From positions 434,001-498,000 of the forward strand of contig NC_043014.1 in the NCBI RefSeq assembly GCF_006345805.1: 64,000 nucleotides of DNA, written 5' to 3'. The stretch is from Octopus sinensis (taxonomy: Eukaryota). Shown one piece after another: positions 47,829 to 61,689 of this stretch. Under the pieces are notes generated by a model, which worked only from the letters and a program-made list of their open reading frames with translations, did no database searches and was not told the origin of the DNA. The position numbers were made by a program, and so were the translations under genes. How positions within the stretch are numbered: the stretch's first letter is position 1; each line of letters opens with the position of its first letter.

Positions 47829-50452
47829 GTCAAATGTGTGTGTTTGGATAGGGAGTTGTTTGGGGCAGGTTTCTATGGCTGGATGCTGTTGCTAAACCTT
47901 AACTTGTTCCCAAATAAAAGGCTTTTCATTCGACGGGTCTTTGAGCCAACCGTCATAAACATCATGGACAGACAACCCACTAAATGTGCATGACAAGCTT
48001 CCTGCTGTTTCTATTTATAAAATTCCCTCACAAGGCATTGGTCAGCCTGTGGCTGTAGTAGAAGACCCTCAAGGTGTTGTGTGGTGGGATGGAATTGAGT
48101 GACATCTGGTTCCGAAGCAAACTGCCTGACCCCACAAATCAAAGAAATGTTTCACTGAGAGGTGGATGGATGACCCTTGTTCACAAACACATTGTTCTTG
48201 CCTTTGGTCCCACTGTTTGGCACTTTGGTCAGGTGTCTGATTGACTGAGTGGGACCTGTGGAAATCTTGAGGGCCCTGGAAAGGGAGTTATCTTGATAAA
48301 ATAAGTCCCACACTAGATAATGTGGACCTGTGTAAATAATTGACAAAAATCTTTTGGAATTAATTGTACTTGCTGGTCTGGAGTCTAACGACTGAAACAA
48401 GTAAAAGAATTAATTTTCTTAAAAAAAAAAAAAGGTTTCTGTAAAGGATTTGTGGAAACTGTTGGCATTCTTGTTTCCAAGAATGTGAAAATTAGTAAAT
48501 GATGCTGGAAGTGTCTGATTTATTGATAATTTCCTTTTTTTGGCCTTCTAAGCTATATTGATGTCATTAATATTTGAAGTTGTTCTTCCATATCTCCACC
48601 ATTCTGTACCATATCACTCAAACTCCCTTCTTTAACCCTGGAAAACCCTCATCATTAGGGTCTTGCATTTGCTTTTCAGTTGTATTCTGGGTTGGGCTTT
48701 TTTTTTTTTTCAGGCACTTTTACTGCAAGATGCAGTTCTTCTTACTTTTCAATAACATGCACAGATGCACCACATCCATTCTATACATTATTTCCAATAC
48801 ATGAAATTGCAATAATTTGTGGAGATTACATACATTTTGTAGATTTTTCATTTTCATAAAAAATTTTGATAAGTACATAATTGCACTTGATGTTCAGTGT
48901 GGAACTGGTCTCTCTCTCCTCCAAATCTACACTCACTCATGTCTCTCTCTCCTTTAAATCTATACTCAGTTCTCTCTCTCTCTCTCTCCTTCCTTTACAT
49001 CTACACTCGTAGATGTTTCTCTCAAGGGGATGGTGAATAGTCTTGGATAGACTCATCAAATGAGTTCATAATTATTCTGAGGTGGTGTGTTTAATTGATT
49101 TTTATCTCTTCCAACATTTGACACCTGCAAAGATGTACAAACTTGTCTTGAGTGTTCTTCTCAACAGTGTATCGTTAGATGCTCCTTCATATCTTTAAAG
49201 ACTAAATTTTGTGAGCTGTTTCATTAAACTAGAACAGCCATACAGTCAGTTAATTGCATAATGAAGTCTACCTCTCAGAATGATAAAGTGATCACCTCTC
49301 GGGTCATTCAGGCTATCTTTGTATGGCTTCAGCTGAGTAGAAAGCTAACAAGAGGCTCTATAAGTTGCCAGTGGATATAGGATGTTAAATTCAGATCAAC
49401 GATCTGGCCTAGGGTTAAACTGAATATCACTTGGCACCTCTTAGATTATCTTGGTGCCAGTCTCTCTCTCTCTCTCTCTCAACGGAGTAAAAGCTGTTAA
49501 CTGTTTAACCTTTTAGTATTTAATGTGACCAAAATATTCTATTCTATGCTCCAACTGTCAAGATCCAGCCTCTCACACCAACCCTGCAATGTCATTCTAG
49601 AAAATTGCAAGGCTACAAACAATGCCTGATTAATTAAAAACAATGGTGAATGCTGAAGTGTTGATAAATTTTTGTCAGATTGCTCCTGGTTTACTGTTTG
49701 AATGACAATGAAAGAGGTAGAGAGACACACAGACAGACTTGTGTAGTTCAGCCCCAGGTGAACCTTCACTGAGTAGATTACGATGAATGGCATTCCAACT
49801 ATGACCATCCTATTTGTCGAGGACGATCTTGGATAATGTTTTTCAATTATTTTTTACTTACAGACAGTTGGTTCTTACTTTATTTGGACTCCCCCCCCTA
49901 GCCATTTATATTAGGATTGAATATAATTAGAAATTGTATTTAAAGGAATTGTTAAAATATTTTGTGTATTGTCGAAGTATGAGCGATTTTATTGCTCAAA
50001 TTTTAACAGCAAAATCTTGTACAGACCCCAAGGGCCATGTGGACCCTGGTTGAGAAGAGATGATACAATGGGTCCGGGAGATGATACAATGATATCTTGA
50101 GAGATGAATAGGGCAGAGTTTATGGAAACCTTGGTAATAAGTGCATTGGGGGGGGTTGTTTTAAGTTGGTATTTCAGAACTTGTTTCACATTTTATGTCC
50201 ATGGGACTGGACAGCTCTGGCTTATGTTGATAGGCATTCCAGCCATGACCACCTCAATTTTGAGGGGTTTGTGGAGCTAAAGAAATAAAGCTGTGTAAGT
50301 AGGACATCAGTTGCTAGAGATAATCAAATTGTGATTGAACTGGCCTATACACACACATATATATACAGACACACACACACATATATATACATACATACAC
50401 TCACAAACAGAGACACGCACATATATATATATATATATATATATAATCATCA

Positions 50453-50678
50453 TTTAACGTCCGTTGTCCATGCTGGCATGGGTTGGATGGTTTGACTGGG
50501 GCTGGAAGACTGCACCAGACTCCAGTCTGATTTGGCATGGTTGGATGCCCTTCCTAATGCCAACCACCCTGAGAGCGTAATGGGTGGTGGGCATTAGGAA
50601 GGGCAGAGTCCATGCCTCTTCAGCTGTCCAGCTCCTGTCGAACAGTCCATTTCATGCCAGCATGGAAAACATGTTAAA
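50453..50678. repeat. Head-to-head inverted RTE-tail SINE halves forming a fold-back
   Basis: 50546-50569 pairs with 50582-50605 (1 mismatch, 12-nt loop). 50468-50480 pairs with 50653-50665. Confidence 0.85.
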
Positions 50679-51429
50679 TAATCCACGCACCACATGTATA
50701 CACATGTGGTTAGGATAAAAGGGAGCCATCTGTGACTCCTCCATCCTTTCCCTGGATTTGTATTTAGGTACTGGCATGGTCGTATGGTTAATAGTTCTGG
50801 GTTCAATTTCACTGCATGTCACCTTAGGCCAATGTCTTTGCCCTGAGCCAGTCAGTGCCTTGTAAGGGGATTTGGAAGGAGAAAACTATTAAACTTGTTT
50901 GTGTGTGTGTGTGTGTGTGTGCATGAAACTTGTTTTGTTTGTCACAATATAAGCTTTGCTCTGTTGATTTGGTGACTAGTCGCTCTCTGCCTTCTAAGCC
51001 TTGTGAAATGTAAAAAAATCCCTAAAAAGCAATTAAGGGTTGATGAGAGGGAGAGCACCTGGCTATAAAATCTTACTTGAGAATCCTTTTCTTGACAAAG
51101 TCATGTTAACGGTAAAATGGATCTTAAAACAAAGGAATGATGAGAGGAGAGGGCTTGCTCTTGATTTTGGTCTTCTGAAATATGTATCAGTTAAAAAATC
51201 AACTTTTAGAAAACTGTTTAATTATCCTCCTCCTGCTTTTTTCTATGTCCCCTCAACATAGAAAACTGTTTAATTATCCTCCTCCTGCTCTCCCCTCAAC
51301 ATAGAAAACTGTAACGTGTGTGGGGGAGCACATCATTTTCTAGTGTTTTATGGCTTGTTTGCTTTCTGTCCCTACATGCTGACAATGATGTTTAGGAAGA
51401 GGGTGGAAAAGAAAAACACACCAAGGAAC

Positions 51430-51870
51430 GACAAACGGTTGATGTGGACCGGCCAGCTATGCGCTGCTGCCAATTCCCATATTTCACCATCATTTTAACA
51501 TTCTTTACACAGCTGCCCTTTTCCATACACATCCCATGGCTATACAAGCGCAGTCTTCTCTCTTGCAGACTACATCTGATGCCTCCTATTCCCAGTTTTT
51601 CTCCTTGTCATACAGACACATGGACATGTTACATCCAGCAGAGTTAACGAGCTTAATTTCTGTCAAGCTTTTGCATGTCCTGTACAATCGCAGCCCATGT
51701 GTCAACTGCCATGCAGGCATCATGCAATCTACCTTTTACTCTGAGAGAGAGAGAGAGAAGCTCTTTGTTATCAACAAAGCTAGAAGCTCTCTGATTTTTG
51801 CCCAGCTGATTCTTATTGTAACAGCTGTGCTCCAAGAGCATTCACCTCCACTGCTGACCTGGTTACCTTG
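51430..51870 (-). mobile_element. RTE LINE 3' remnant
   Basis: KELLSLSLRVKGRLHDACM...TWA...DMQKLDRN and downstream RRL.W.G motifs. Confidence 0.75.
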
Positions 51871-52124
51871 GTAACAAGCTATCTACTGCTTGCACAAGGA
51901 ACGTCTTTCAGTTTCCATTTACCAAATTCACTCACAAGGCTTTGGTTAGCCTGGAGTTCTAGAAGGCACTTGTCCAAGGTATCCTGCAACGGGACTGAAC
52001 CCCAAACTTTGTGGTTGGACAGCAAACCTTTTACCGCAGAGTCATGCCTATGTCAATATTTCTCTCTTTAGAAAATATCCAGGTGGCTGTTTGTAAAATG
52101 GGATAATTTTGAAGGAATTTTCAA

Positions 52125-52343
52125 CCCTTTTGTTACTGTATTTATTTTGAGATGCTCTGTGTTTCTTTCAATTAATTTTAGATATAACAAAGAATTTAGT
52201 AAAATAATTTAGTCACAATTTATGTTCCTAACAGCAGCTTAATGATAACTAAGGTTTGGTGGAAGATTTTAATTCAAAGCCTATGAAAACAAGACATTTG
52301 TACTACGGGGCCAGAGACGCTTTCAGCTGAGTTGGTATCGAAA
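52125..52343. mobile_element. Second, older copy of the piggyBac-like MITE
   Basis: Near-identical internal sequence to 56564-56781. Right end degraded. Confidence 0.7.
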
Positions 52344-54197
52344 TAAAGTCACTAATTTGGTGATCTCTAAGACCATGCTCTCACTTTGGTCACTCAAATG
52401 AAAATAATTTTAGCAGGTATCAGAAAATAATTATATTTTTTCTGAAGTTGTGCTTGTAGTCAAAATGGTTGTTACTGTCTTCAATTCTTTTTGTTTTTTT
52501 TTTGTTGTTACACATACTCACTGTAGGTATTAACATTCATTTTTGTCCATTTTTTCCCCATGATAGTATGTTGGTCTTGATGTGCAAGTGTGTGTGTGTG
52601 TGTGTGTGTGTTTTTGTTCAGTTTCCTTGTATGTCTCCACTGTCCTCTTTTTGTCCCCAACTTTGACCCTTCATAAATCATGAGCAACTATCTTTGAAGA
52701 CTCAGTATCGCTGAATGCACAAAATGAGGAATATAAAGACAGCTGACAACTGACGAAGGGTCGTTTCTCTGTATTTACCTGTCCCATCTTCCATTTTTTC
52801 TCTCGTTGTTTACATATTTAACTCATTTGTCTCTGTATTTCATGTTGTTTACACAGTTGGTGACATCCTGTACCTACACACACACACGTGCATATATCCA
52901 TGCAGAGAGATGGGCATGGCTGTATCTTTGTATCTTTTAGAAGTTCCCTTAGCAATCACATCATTTTGGGTTCACTCTCATTGCTTGATATCTTGGGCAA
53001 GTATTTTCTATAACCCTTAGCTACCAGTGCCCTGTAAGTGGAGTTGGTAGATGGAAACTGTATGGAAGACTGGATGCTCTGCACTTTCAAAGACCAATTG
53101 AATAAAAGTAACTTGTTTGAAAAAGTGGAGGGGTAGTTTTATAATGCTTTTAACTCAGACAATATGTTGCTTCTCTCTTCCTGCTCCCCACAACTTTCCT
53201 ATTGCATTCCCCTTTCTCTCCAAAAGGTATTTTCTAGATGCACTCCCCTCCACATCCTTATTCTTCTTTTCATCATTTGATGAAAAGATATCCTGCTACA
53301 CTAAAATCCTACATGAATCATGCTTACATTGTTATAAATCTTCATCACTTCTAAGGCTTTCTGATAGATTTAAATCTATCTCCCTTCTTCTGATTGATGT
53401 TGTTTTTAATAAATCTGTAATAATTATTGACAAAAGCCGTCAAGAGTAGAAATCTGCCTGGTGAGATGTCGTCCATCCTGTCAGAAGCTCAGCTCTCGAC
53501 GGCTTCGTATAAAACAGGTGGAAAATACAAACTTTTGACGGGAAAGAATTTGATTTAGTCTTTGTCTGAAATCATGAAATGTTCCATCAGGTAATCCCCA
53601 CCCCCTCCCAAGAAGATGGGGAGAGTGTCACACATTTGTGACAACAAAATACCATCAGCTCTGTAGCTCCAGGTACACACAGGTGTTGTACAGGTGAGAG
53701 CAATCTGCTTCTTTGTTCCCCTGTATGGATGCATTCCTTGTTGAGGTGTTGCATGGTTGAAGTGGTGGCCTTCATCAACAACAGACAAAAGTGATTACTT
53801 TAGCCAGTTGCTTCTGTCCTTTTCTAAATAATCTTTCTCTCTTAATTTTTGGCAGTTATTAAGTCATATTAAAAGACATTTGATAGATCACCCCATCAGG
53901 TGTGTGTGTGTGTGTGTGTGTATAGTTATAGTATTATTGGTATGGAACTCTGAAAGACCCTACTTTAAATTAGTATTCAGTGCATGGGGGTCGGTAGAGT
54001 GGATGCCTTTATTACAAATGAGTTTAGTCTCTTTCAGCTAACTTAACAAAACCTCAGTGGTGTGTTGTACATATGTATATATTTAGTTAGCATGAGGTAA
54101 TTGGGCCTTGCCAGCACCACATCGTGGCAGCATAGTTTCTGCTTATATTTAAACAGTCCAAGGCATTTATATAGGTTGTTGGTCATCAAAATGTGTT

Positions 54198-54246
<49 letters not shown>

Positions 54247-54904
54247 CTTGTGCTTAGGTAGAGGGTAATTATACTTAAATATTGTTGAGTTTAAAACCAT
54301 TGGTAATTAGTGTGTGTGTAGGTGCTTGGTACATTTGTTTGTACTGTGTGAGTGTTTTTGTGTTTGTGAAAGTGTGTAGGGGTTATGTGCGTACAGACAC
54401 TATATATATATATAATGTAGCTTAAAAGCCACCGTATCAGGTGGTTTTTAAGCAACTAACCCAGGATAGGAAGATCTGCAAACAGGTCTCTGACTTGTTT
54501 TGGAGAATTCGTTGCAGTTGCTTCCTCCAGAGTCATATCCAAATGATGATCATATCCGTCACAAAGAATCATGTAAAAAAAAATGCCGAAAACAATCGCA
54601 GTAACGAAAACATAGGAATCCAAGGTCTCTGGATTTGGCCCAGAATGTTTTTAATTCACGCACAGAGTTGGCCTTTAGATTATAAAATTTGTTATCATAC
54701 AAAAAAAAATTTGTCACAAAAAGTCACATAAAAAAATTATTGAAAACATTCCCAGTAATGAATGCTTGAGAATCCAGAATATCGGGATTGTGGGGTCTGG
54801 ATTCAGCCTGGAATGTTTTTAATTACCTCATGGAGTCAGCCTGATTTTAAAATGGTATTTTATGTTGGGGCAACAGCCTCTAGGAGTAAAGTTGGAAAAG
54901 TGTG

Positions 54905-55110
54905 ACGAACTGGCAGAATCATTAGCACACTGGGCGAAAATGCTTAGTGATATTTTGTCCATTGTTAGGTTTTGAGTTCGAATTCAGCTGAGGTCGACTT
55001 TGCCTTTCATCCTTTCAGGTGTCAATAAAATTAGTACCAGTTATGTACTGGGGTCAATGTAATCGATTTAACTCCTTCCACAAAATTTGAGGCCTTGTGA
55101 TTCCAGCAGA
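54905..55110 (+). mobile_element. CORE-like tRNA-derived SINE
   Basis: CTGGCAGAATCATTAGCAC...GAGTTCGAATTC...GGTCGACTTTGCCTTTCATCCTTTC...(ATT) tail. Confidence 0.85.
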
Positions 55111-56563
55111 AAGGATTTATTAAAGTTGTAAAAGTGTGACACACTTTTATTATATTAGATTTGTTTCGCTTTGGGGAAACGTTATTTCAATTAAAGTGTA
55201 TTTTGTGTGTGTGTGTGTGTGTGTATTAAAGAAGGCAATAAAGAAAACCAAAATGATAGTGTTCAGTATGTTGGCGACAGGAATTTCTGTCAAAGAGACA
55301 TGGTTAAACAGTTTCCTTCATCTCCCTCTTTCTCTCTCTCTTATTATTACTCCCACTGCCACCATCAACACTACTACTTTTAATAATACATCAGCAACTC
55401 TCCCTCTCTTTTTCTTTCTTTCTCTCTCTCTCTCTCTATCTTTGCCACTGCTCTCACTGTCTCTATGCCTACTATTACTCTCACTCCAACACGAGGAATA
55501 GAACTGTCTTTGAATAGTGAGAGAAGGGGTCAAAGTGTGACACACTGATACACAGAAATTGATTTTTGCAGTATTTGTTCTGGCTTTCTGCTCTCTCAGT
55601 TCAAATCCTACCAAGGTCAACTTTGCCTTTCCTGGTTCAGTAAAAAAAAGGTACCAGTCATGTACTGGGGACGGTTCTTGTCTTTCTGTTTTTTTTCTTT
55701 CCATCTCTTTGTCTGTCTCTTTTGGAAGAAATCGGCTGTGGTCATTTCAGGAGAGGGTTTGGATCTGCCAAGACACCATATATCTTGATGGTTATCCCTC
55801 TGTTTGCGAATAGTTTTTCAGGGTGCCATCATATGCCCAAGGCAAGGTGAAACTGTACATTTATATTGAAGGGGCCAGTTTTTGCTCCTCAGTTTCATGA
55901 CTCCTGACATTCAATCAGTTGATGTCATCTCAAAGATTTCAACTCACAAATGGTGAAACAATGACTGAATCACCAAATGTCCCTTAATATAAACTCAGCA
56001 TTTTCTATTGAGTATTTAGGTTGTTTATTTGTACACACACACACACACACACATTATATGGACATTCCTTGTACAATATCATTTTCTCAAGAATCTCACA
56101 GTGGTGTCTGCCTCTGAATTTGAATCGACTTTTGTTTTCCTTTTGTTATTTTTGACACTTGTTTTCTATTCGGTAAAAAAAATTCTGTAAATAAAACCAA
56201 TCTGAAGTGGCCAGTCGCTCTTTCAGACAAACCTCATCTACAGTAATACAACAACCTTCACAGAACCATTAACACTTCAGCATTTAAACCAGCCAGATCC
56301 GGCCCCTCACACCTACCCTACAATATCATTCTCAAAATAATCACATCATTGAAAGCTCAAAGATATTTTAATTCAAAACGATGTGAATAAATAAACTTTA
56401 CATTTGACAGAGAAGTAATCTGAATGTGAAAGGGGTTGGAAACAAAAAAGGGTTTAAGAGATCCCAATGAATACATTTCTGAAGCCAGGTCTGTGGTTTG
56501 GTCTGCAAGTTCACTTCTCAGCCACATGGTTTTTAGGTTCAATCTCACAGTGCAGCACCTTAA

Positions 56564-56781
56564 CCCTTTCGTTACCGTATTCATTCTGAGATGCTCTGTG
56601 TTTCTTTCAATTAATTGTAAATATAACAAAGAATTTAGTAAAATAACTTAGTTATCACTAAGCTAGTGTTAGGAACATAAATTGTGACTAAGGTTTGGTG
56701 GAAGATTTTAATTCAAAACTTATGAAAACAATTTATGTTACAGAGCCAGAGCCGGTTTTGGCCAGGTTAGTATCGAAAAGG
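56564..56781. mobile_element. 218-bp piggyBac-like MITE inserted in a SINE
   Basis: TTAA|CCCTTTCGTTAC ... GTATCGAAAAGG|TTAA. Removing it restores the SINE text GCAGCACCTTAAGCAAGTG. Confidence 0.8.
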
Positions 56782-57218
56782 TTAAGCAAGTGGCTTCCTA
56801 GGTAGCTTTAGGTCAATTAAAGCTGTGTAAATAGATTTGGTAAAACGAAATTGAAAAAAAAGCCTATTTTGTGTACCATTTTACATATAAACAATGATTA
56901 TAAATGAAATGTTTGCTGTTCCTTTGTTGTGTACAATTTTCATTTTTTAAAACCCCTAAGCATGTGTAAAATAGGTTTACACATTACTTATGGGTTTAAA
57001 AAAATTAAAATATAGTTTATAGTATTGAACTATGCGAAAGTGATATAGGGCCCTGATGATTGGGGTTCTATTTTAAGAGTGGTTCCAGCGAGTGGTTTAG
57101 GAACTGGGAAATGTACCTCATGAAACACGTGTAGCCAAGTTATTAAGTAGTTGGCATTTAAAATAAAAATTCTTTTTTTATATGGAGAGATGAAAGGGCC
57201 TACTATCTCTAAATGAAA

Positions 57219-57264
<46 letters not shown>

Positions 57265-57289
57265 TGTGATTTGTGAATATCCTCCATGG

Positions 57290-58620
57290 ATATCCATGGA
57301 GCATGTTGTTTCTCCAGGCTCCTTCAATGTTATTTCAAAATTCACATTGGTACTGCTCATCTTCAGCAGCAGCAGCCAACCCATCAAAAACTGTGGGACC
57401 TAATGCAAGTTCTTCAACATAATTCCTTTCAAGTAATATGGAATTAGTGCGGTCACCTGCTAATTACTTTTGCTCCAGGTGTCTTTGTATCACCTGAAAA
57501 GTGGTTCTTTCATATTTTTGATAACTTTGGTTAATCGCTGCCCTCTGTCCCTGTGGTAACTCACTTTCTTGTGTTGGAGGGTTGCAGAGATACCATGGCA
57601 CTATTTGTTCTGTCTGTGCTTTGAGTTCAATTCACTCTAATGTCAACTTTGCCTTTCATCATTTCACTAGATGTTGGTAGAGCTGGTAAAGCATTACCTC
57701 AGACTCCTTGCAGTATCTCCTCTGATTCTTGCAGTATCTCATGGCAACACTGTCAAGTTCATTAGATTGGCTATAAAGTGGCAGCCTTCAACTTAGACAG
57801 CTCTCGATGCAGAGAGCAATGACTTGAATACATGAACAGCAGTTAGTCTCTCACTATTTTGCACCAAGCCTGTCATTTACTGGTGTAGATGCATAATCTA
57901 TCTTCAATGCTGGAGGCCCATCCTATGCACAAACACTTTACACTACCTGCTAGGTCCACAGACAAAGCATTCATTTTCTTAGATTAATTGTATTTTTATT
58001 TTGTGGCAGCAGCAGTTTTAAATTTGCACCCATTTCAAGCACTGTTGACCTTGTGAAGGACAAAACTGTACCTAAATTGGTGATTGCCACCACATTGTTG
58101 ACATATTAGCAGCTCTCTATGAGCTTCTTTTAATGCATTTCAGAATCAGGATGTCGACTTGCTTCAGTTGTTTGGTCAAAGAACCAGAAGAACCTTGTTG
58201 CCAACCAATTAATCTCTGGTTAGATCCTGGTGCATCTCTGCACTTGCAACCTTGCTCAAGAACGGAGAAAGCCAGGAGGGTTTCTCCTCATTTCAATGTC
58301 AGGAAAGAGAGCAAAGGATTATTGTCGAGTCCCTGTAAAAGATGCAAAAATTGGGGCCAGGGATGGTCAGAAAGGTGACTTATGAAACAGAAAGTCCTTC
58401 TGCAAGTCAACGCATGTCGATGTATCTCTGCCTAATAGACTAGATTTGGTAGGCAACAGCATTTGATGGGTATAACAAAGTTCATCAGTCTGGTAACCAT
58501 GCAACACAAATGAGTAATCCAGGTGGATTAGTCAGCACAAATGATTAATCCACCTGCTACTGGAACTGATAGATGTAAAAGAAGTCTCACCTCACAACAT
58601 TTTCAATGTTGGATGTCTTC
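57290..58620 (-). mobile_element. Very old RTE-like LINE remnant
   Basis: Fragmentary similarity only (WFFD.., RQRYIDM, GPS), with many stops. Confidence 0.35.
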
Positions 58621-59626
58621 TCTCTAAAAAATCTGTTATAGAATTCAGAGACATTGTGAAGTAATTTCTATTCTGATGACCCAAATGTGTGTGTGTGTGT
58701 GTGTGTGAGAGCTGGGTAATGAAGTAGGCAGTAGATGGAATTTTAAAGAAACATAAGTGGTGAGGCATCTAACCACTGTTTATATTAGCAACTATTTTGC
58801 CCAGCTTGCAGCGGACGGGTCATATTCTGGAGCTGCATGAAACCTTTCTGATTTTTATCATTTTCTCCACCACCTCATCCCTTCATTTAATTTCTTATAT
58901 CAAGGTTTTACTCCCTTACTTGTACCCTATCATTCTATCACTTTAAACATTACAAATCCAGAAGAGTATGCTCACCTTATCCCTTTCTAGGTATTGGCAA
59001 TGTTTTGCCCCCAAGTCCCACGCCTCACTATTACCTAGTATCACTCTTTATACAATCTACTCTGAGAGAACCCCTTTGTTATAAGCAGAAGTAAAAGCTC
59101 CCCAAATATTTTTCTGTCCTGTTCTTTTTCATACTTTGAGAGCGACCACCTTTGCTGCTAATAATGCCATCAAGGTAAAAACAATTTGACTGCTTTTAGC
59201 AAGCTTTCTGAGTATTTGAAGGGATTTATTTTCTGTGTATTTCTGTGTATTTTCTGTCAGCCTGTCTCTGATCCCACAACACTGTGTATATCCACAGTGT
59301 CTACCGTGTACTCCACGTTGTATTTCTTCCTATTCTTTGGCTATTTCACTGGCTTCACTCCTTGTATGTGTTCACATTGTTTTCCTTTGCTATAAAAACC
59401 CATTAGAACTTACACAATTTCATTCTGGCAACGAGTAGCCCATGTTTGCAAAGAAGGTTTGGTAATGGAAAGAACCTTTAGTCCGGGGCTGCCTCTGCAG
59501 ATCTCGTTTAGCCTTTGGTCAGTGATAACAACATGATAACATACACGGCTCTAAACAATGTTTAAACAAAGATTTGTAATAAGTTCTCTCTTTACACATG
59601 GGATGTAATACAGGTGTAAATATATG

Positions 59627-59806
59627 TACGAGGGGTGGGACTGGAAAGTTCCTGGCTTTTGGGTAAAAGAAAATACAGGAGGATCACTTAATTATGATTT
59701 TCCCCTTCTCAGATTCACACAGTTATTGCTGCGGTCCTTCAGTTTTTCTAATCCCTGTAAAAGAACGCCAGCCAGGCCTCTCGCGATACCCTTAAAGCCA
59801 GGAACT
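59627..59806. mobile_element. Mariner-like MITE fragment
   Basis: Begins TACGAGGGG. 13-bp inverted repeat AGTTCCTGGCTTT (59647-59659) / AAAGCCAGGAACT (59794-59806). Confidence 0.45.
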
Positions 59807-60036
59807 GTATATAGTGGAATTGAATGAAGCATTGGTGGCTGTCATCTTCAGAAGAGTTTAAGGGTAATGTTTGTAGGTTGTGACATTGTTATTATATTAG
59901 TTATTATTATTATTATTAGTAGTAGTAGTAGTAATAATAGTACCTAAAGCACCAGTAGTAGTAGTAGTAGTAGTATGACAATTGCATTATCAATTGCAAA
60001 GCTTTTCCTCTCACATCTTTCCTTTTCTATTTTCAG

Positions 60037-60240
60037 TTCTTCCACCAGTTCTTGTTCCTCGATACAGTGAATTTCCAGCAGGTGGCCATGCACCTCATCA
60101 TCAAATGGCCCCTTTCCATCCAATCCAAGAGCCAGCCATGCCCCATAATGTCACTTATCCCTTTATCAACCAACAACAACAGCAACAGCGCCAACATTCT
60201 CCTGCAAGTTCAGCCCCCAGCAGTCCTTTTGGATTACCTG
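60037..60240 (+). CDS. SMAD1/5: Smad1/5 second coding exon: start of linker ([13 protein letters not shown]...QQQQQQ...[14 protein letters not shown])
   Basis: VLPPVLVPR directly follows VESP in all BMP Smads. TTTTCAG| and CTG|GTAAGT; phase 1-1; 12.3-kb upstream intron. Confidence 0.97.
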
Positions 60241-61689
60241 GTAAGTTATCCTTTTAACAACCATTGCAGAAATTAGGGTTCACAGTCCATACTGCAGGGC
60301 CCTCATCTTGACAAGTCCTCTCTATTGAGACTGCTTTAAATTTATTTTGTTGTTTTGTATATGTGTTTATGTGTGTATCGTCATCATTTGATGTCTGCTT
60401 TCCATGCTGACATGGTTTGACAGGATCCAGTGAGCCATGGGGCTGCACCAGGCCCCAGTTGTCTGCTCTGGCATGGTTTCTACAGCTGGATGCCCTTCCT
60501 AATGTCAACCATCTTACACTGTGTCCTGGGTACCACTTTTTTTATGCCCATGGTGGTGGTTCTTTGAGAAGGTAGAGAGTTAATATTTATGCCAGAGGCA
60601 AGCAGAGAAGGTATATGGCTACCCACCTTTTAAGGGTGGGTGAGAAAAGGGTAAGATGGTGGTGGGTGCCAGAGTAAGGCCCTCAAAATATGAGATGATA
60701 GGTGTGTGAAGGGAGAGAAGCAGGTAGATAAATCTAGTGAACAAGGGAGGAGGTGCAGCATGATGGGAAATGTCAGAGTGAGGGGGGGTGGGGGTTGGAA
60801 GAAAGGGATAAGAATGGGTCAGCGATGATGTTTTTAGGATCTCATCTTTGCTCCTATGCATGGGTCTTCTCAAGTACAGCAAATTGCCACTCAGTGACTT
60901 GAGATCAGCCTTCACTTCTTCATTCCAAATCTTCCTGGGTCTCCCTCTTTCATTACTTCATTATGCAGCTCTCCTCATCCATCCATTCCATATGACCTAA
61001 ACCAGGCTCAGTCTTTTCTCTTGCAGACTTCATCCAATTTCTCTTATGCCTATTTTGTCTCTCAATACAGCAATACTTCATCGTACATGCACACTGATAT
61101 CGTATATCCTATGGAGTACACTAATTTCATTCCTCTCTAGTCTTTCTATGTTAAGGGCTCATGTTTTATCGCCATATAGCAATGCTGTTCATACATAAGC
61201 TTTATACAACTTGCCTTTCACTGAGAGAGAGAGAGAGAGAGAGAGAGCTGTGGTTGCCAACTGAAGTAAAAGCTCTCGGAACTTACACTGCCCTATTCTT
61301 ATTCTTTTGGAACATCCTCCACCACTGATGGCTTATTGGGTTTCCCAGGTTACAGAAACTATTTACCACCTCCAGAGCATTTAGGAAAATCAGTTTCACA
61401 TATGTCCTTAGTGTTCATTGATTCTGCACATCTTCCACATTTCCTCTCTGTGAATCTGCTACACCTCTTGTGTGTCCATAGCATGCTCTGGGTTCACCAT
61501 ATGGAATTCCTGTCTACACCTTTCCTGCATATCAAGCAGGGCCATTTACCCGAGAGTGGTAGAGTCCTGTCTTTTTCCTGCTTACCAGAACTTTATTCTT
61601 AACTAAGTTAACTTTAAGACCCTTTGATTCCAGGTTTTGCTTCTGCACTGGGAATTTTCCTAATTCTGTTATGAGAATGAGTTAGTCAG

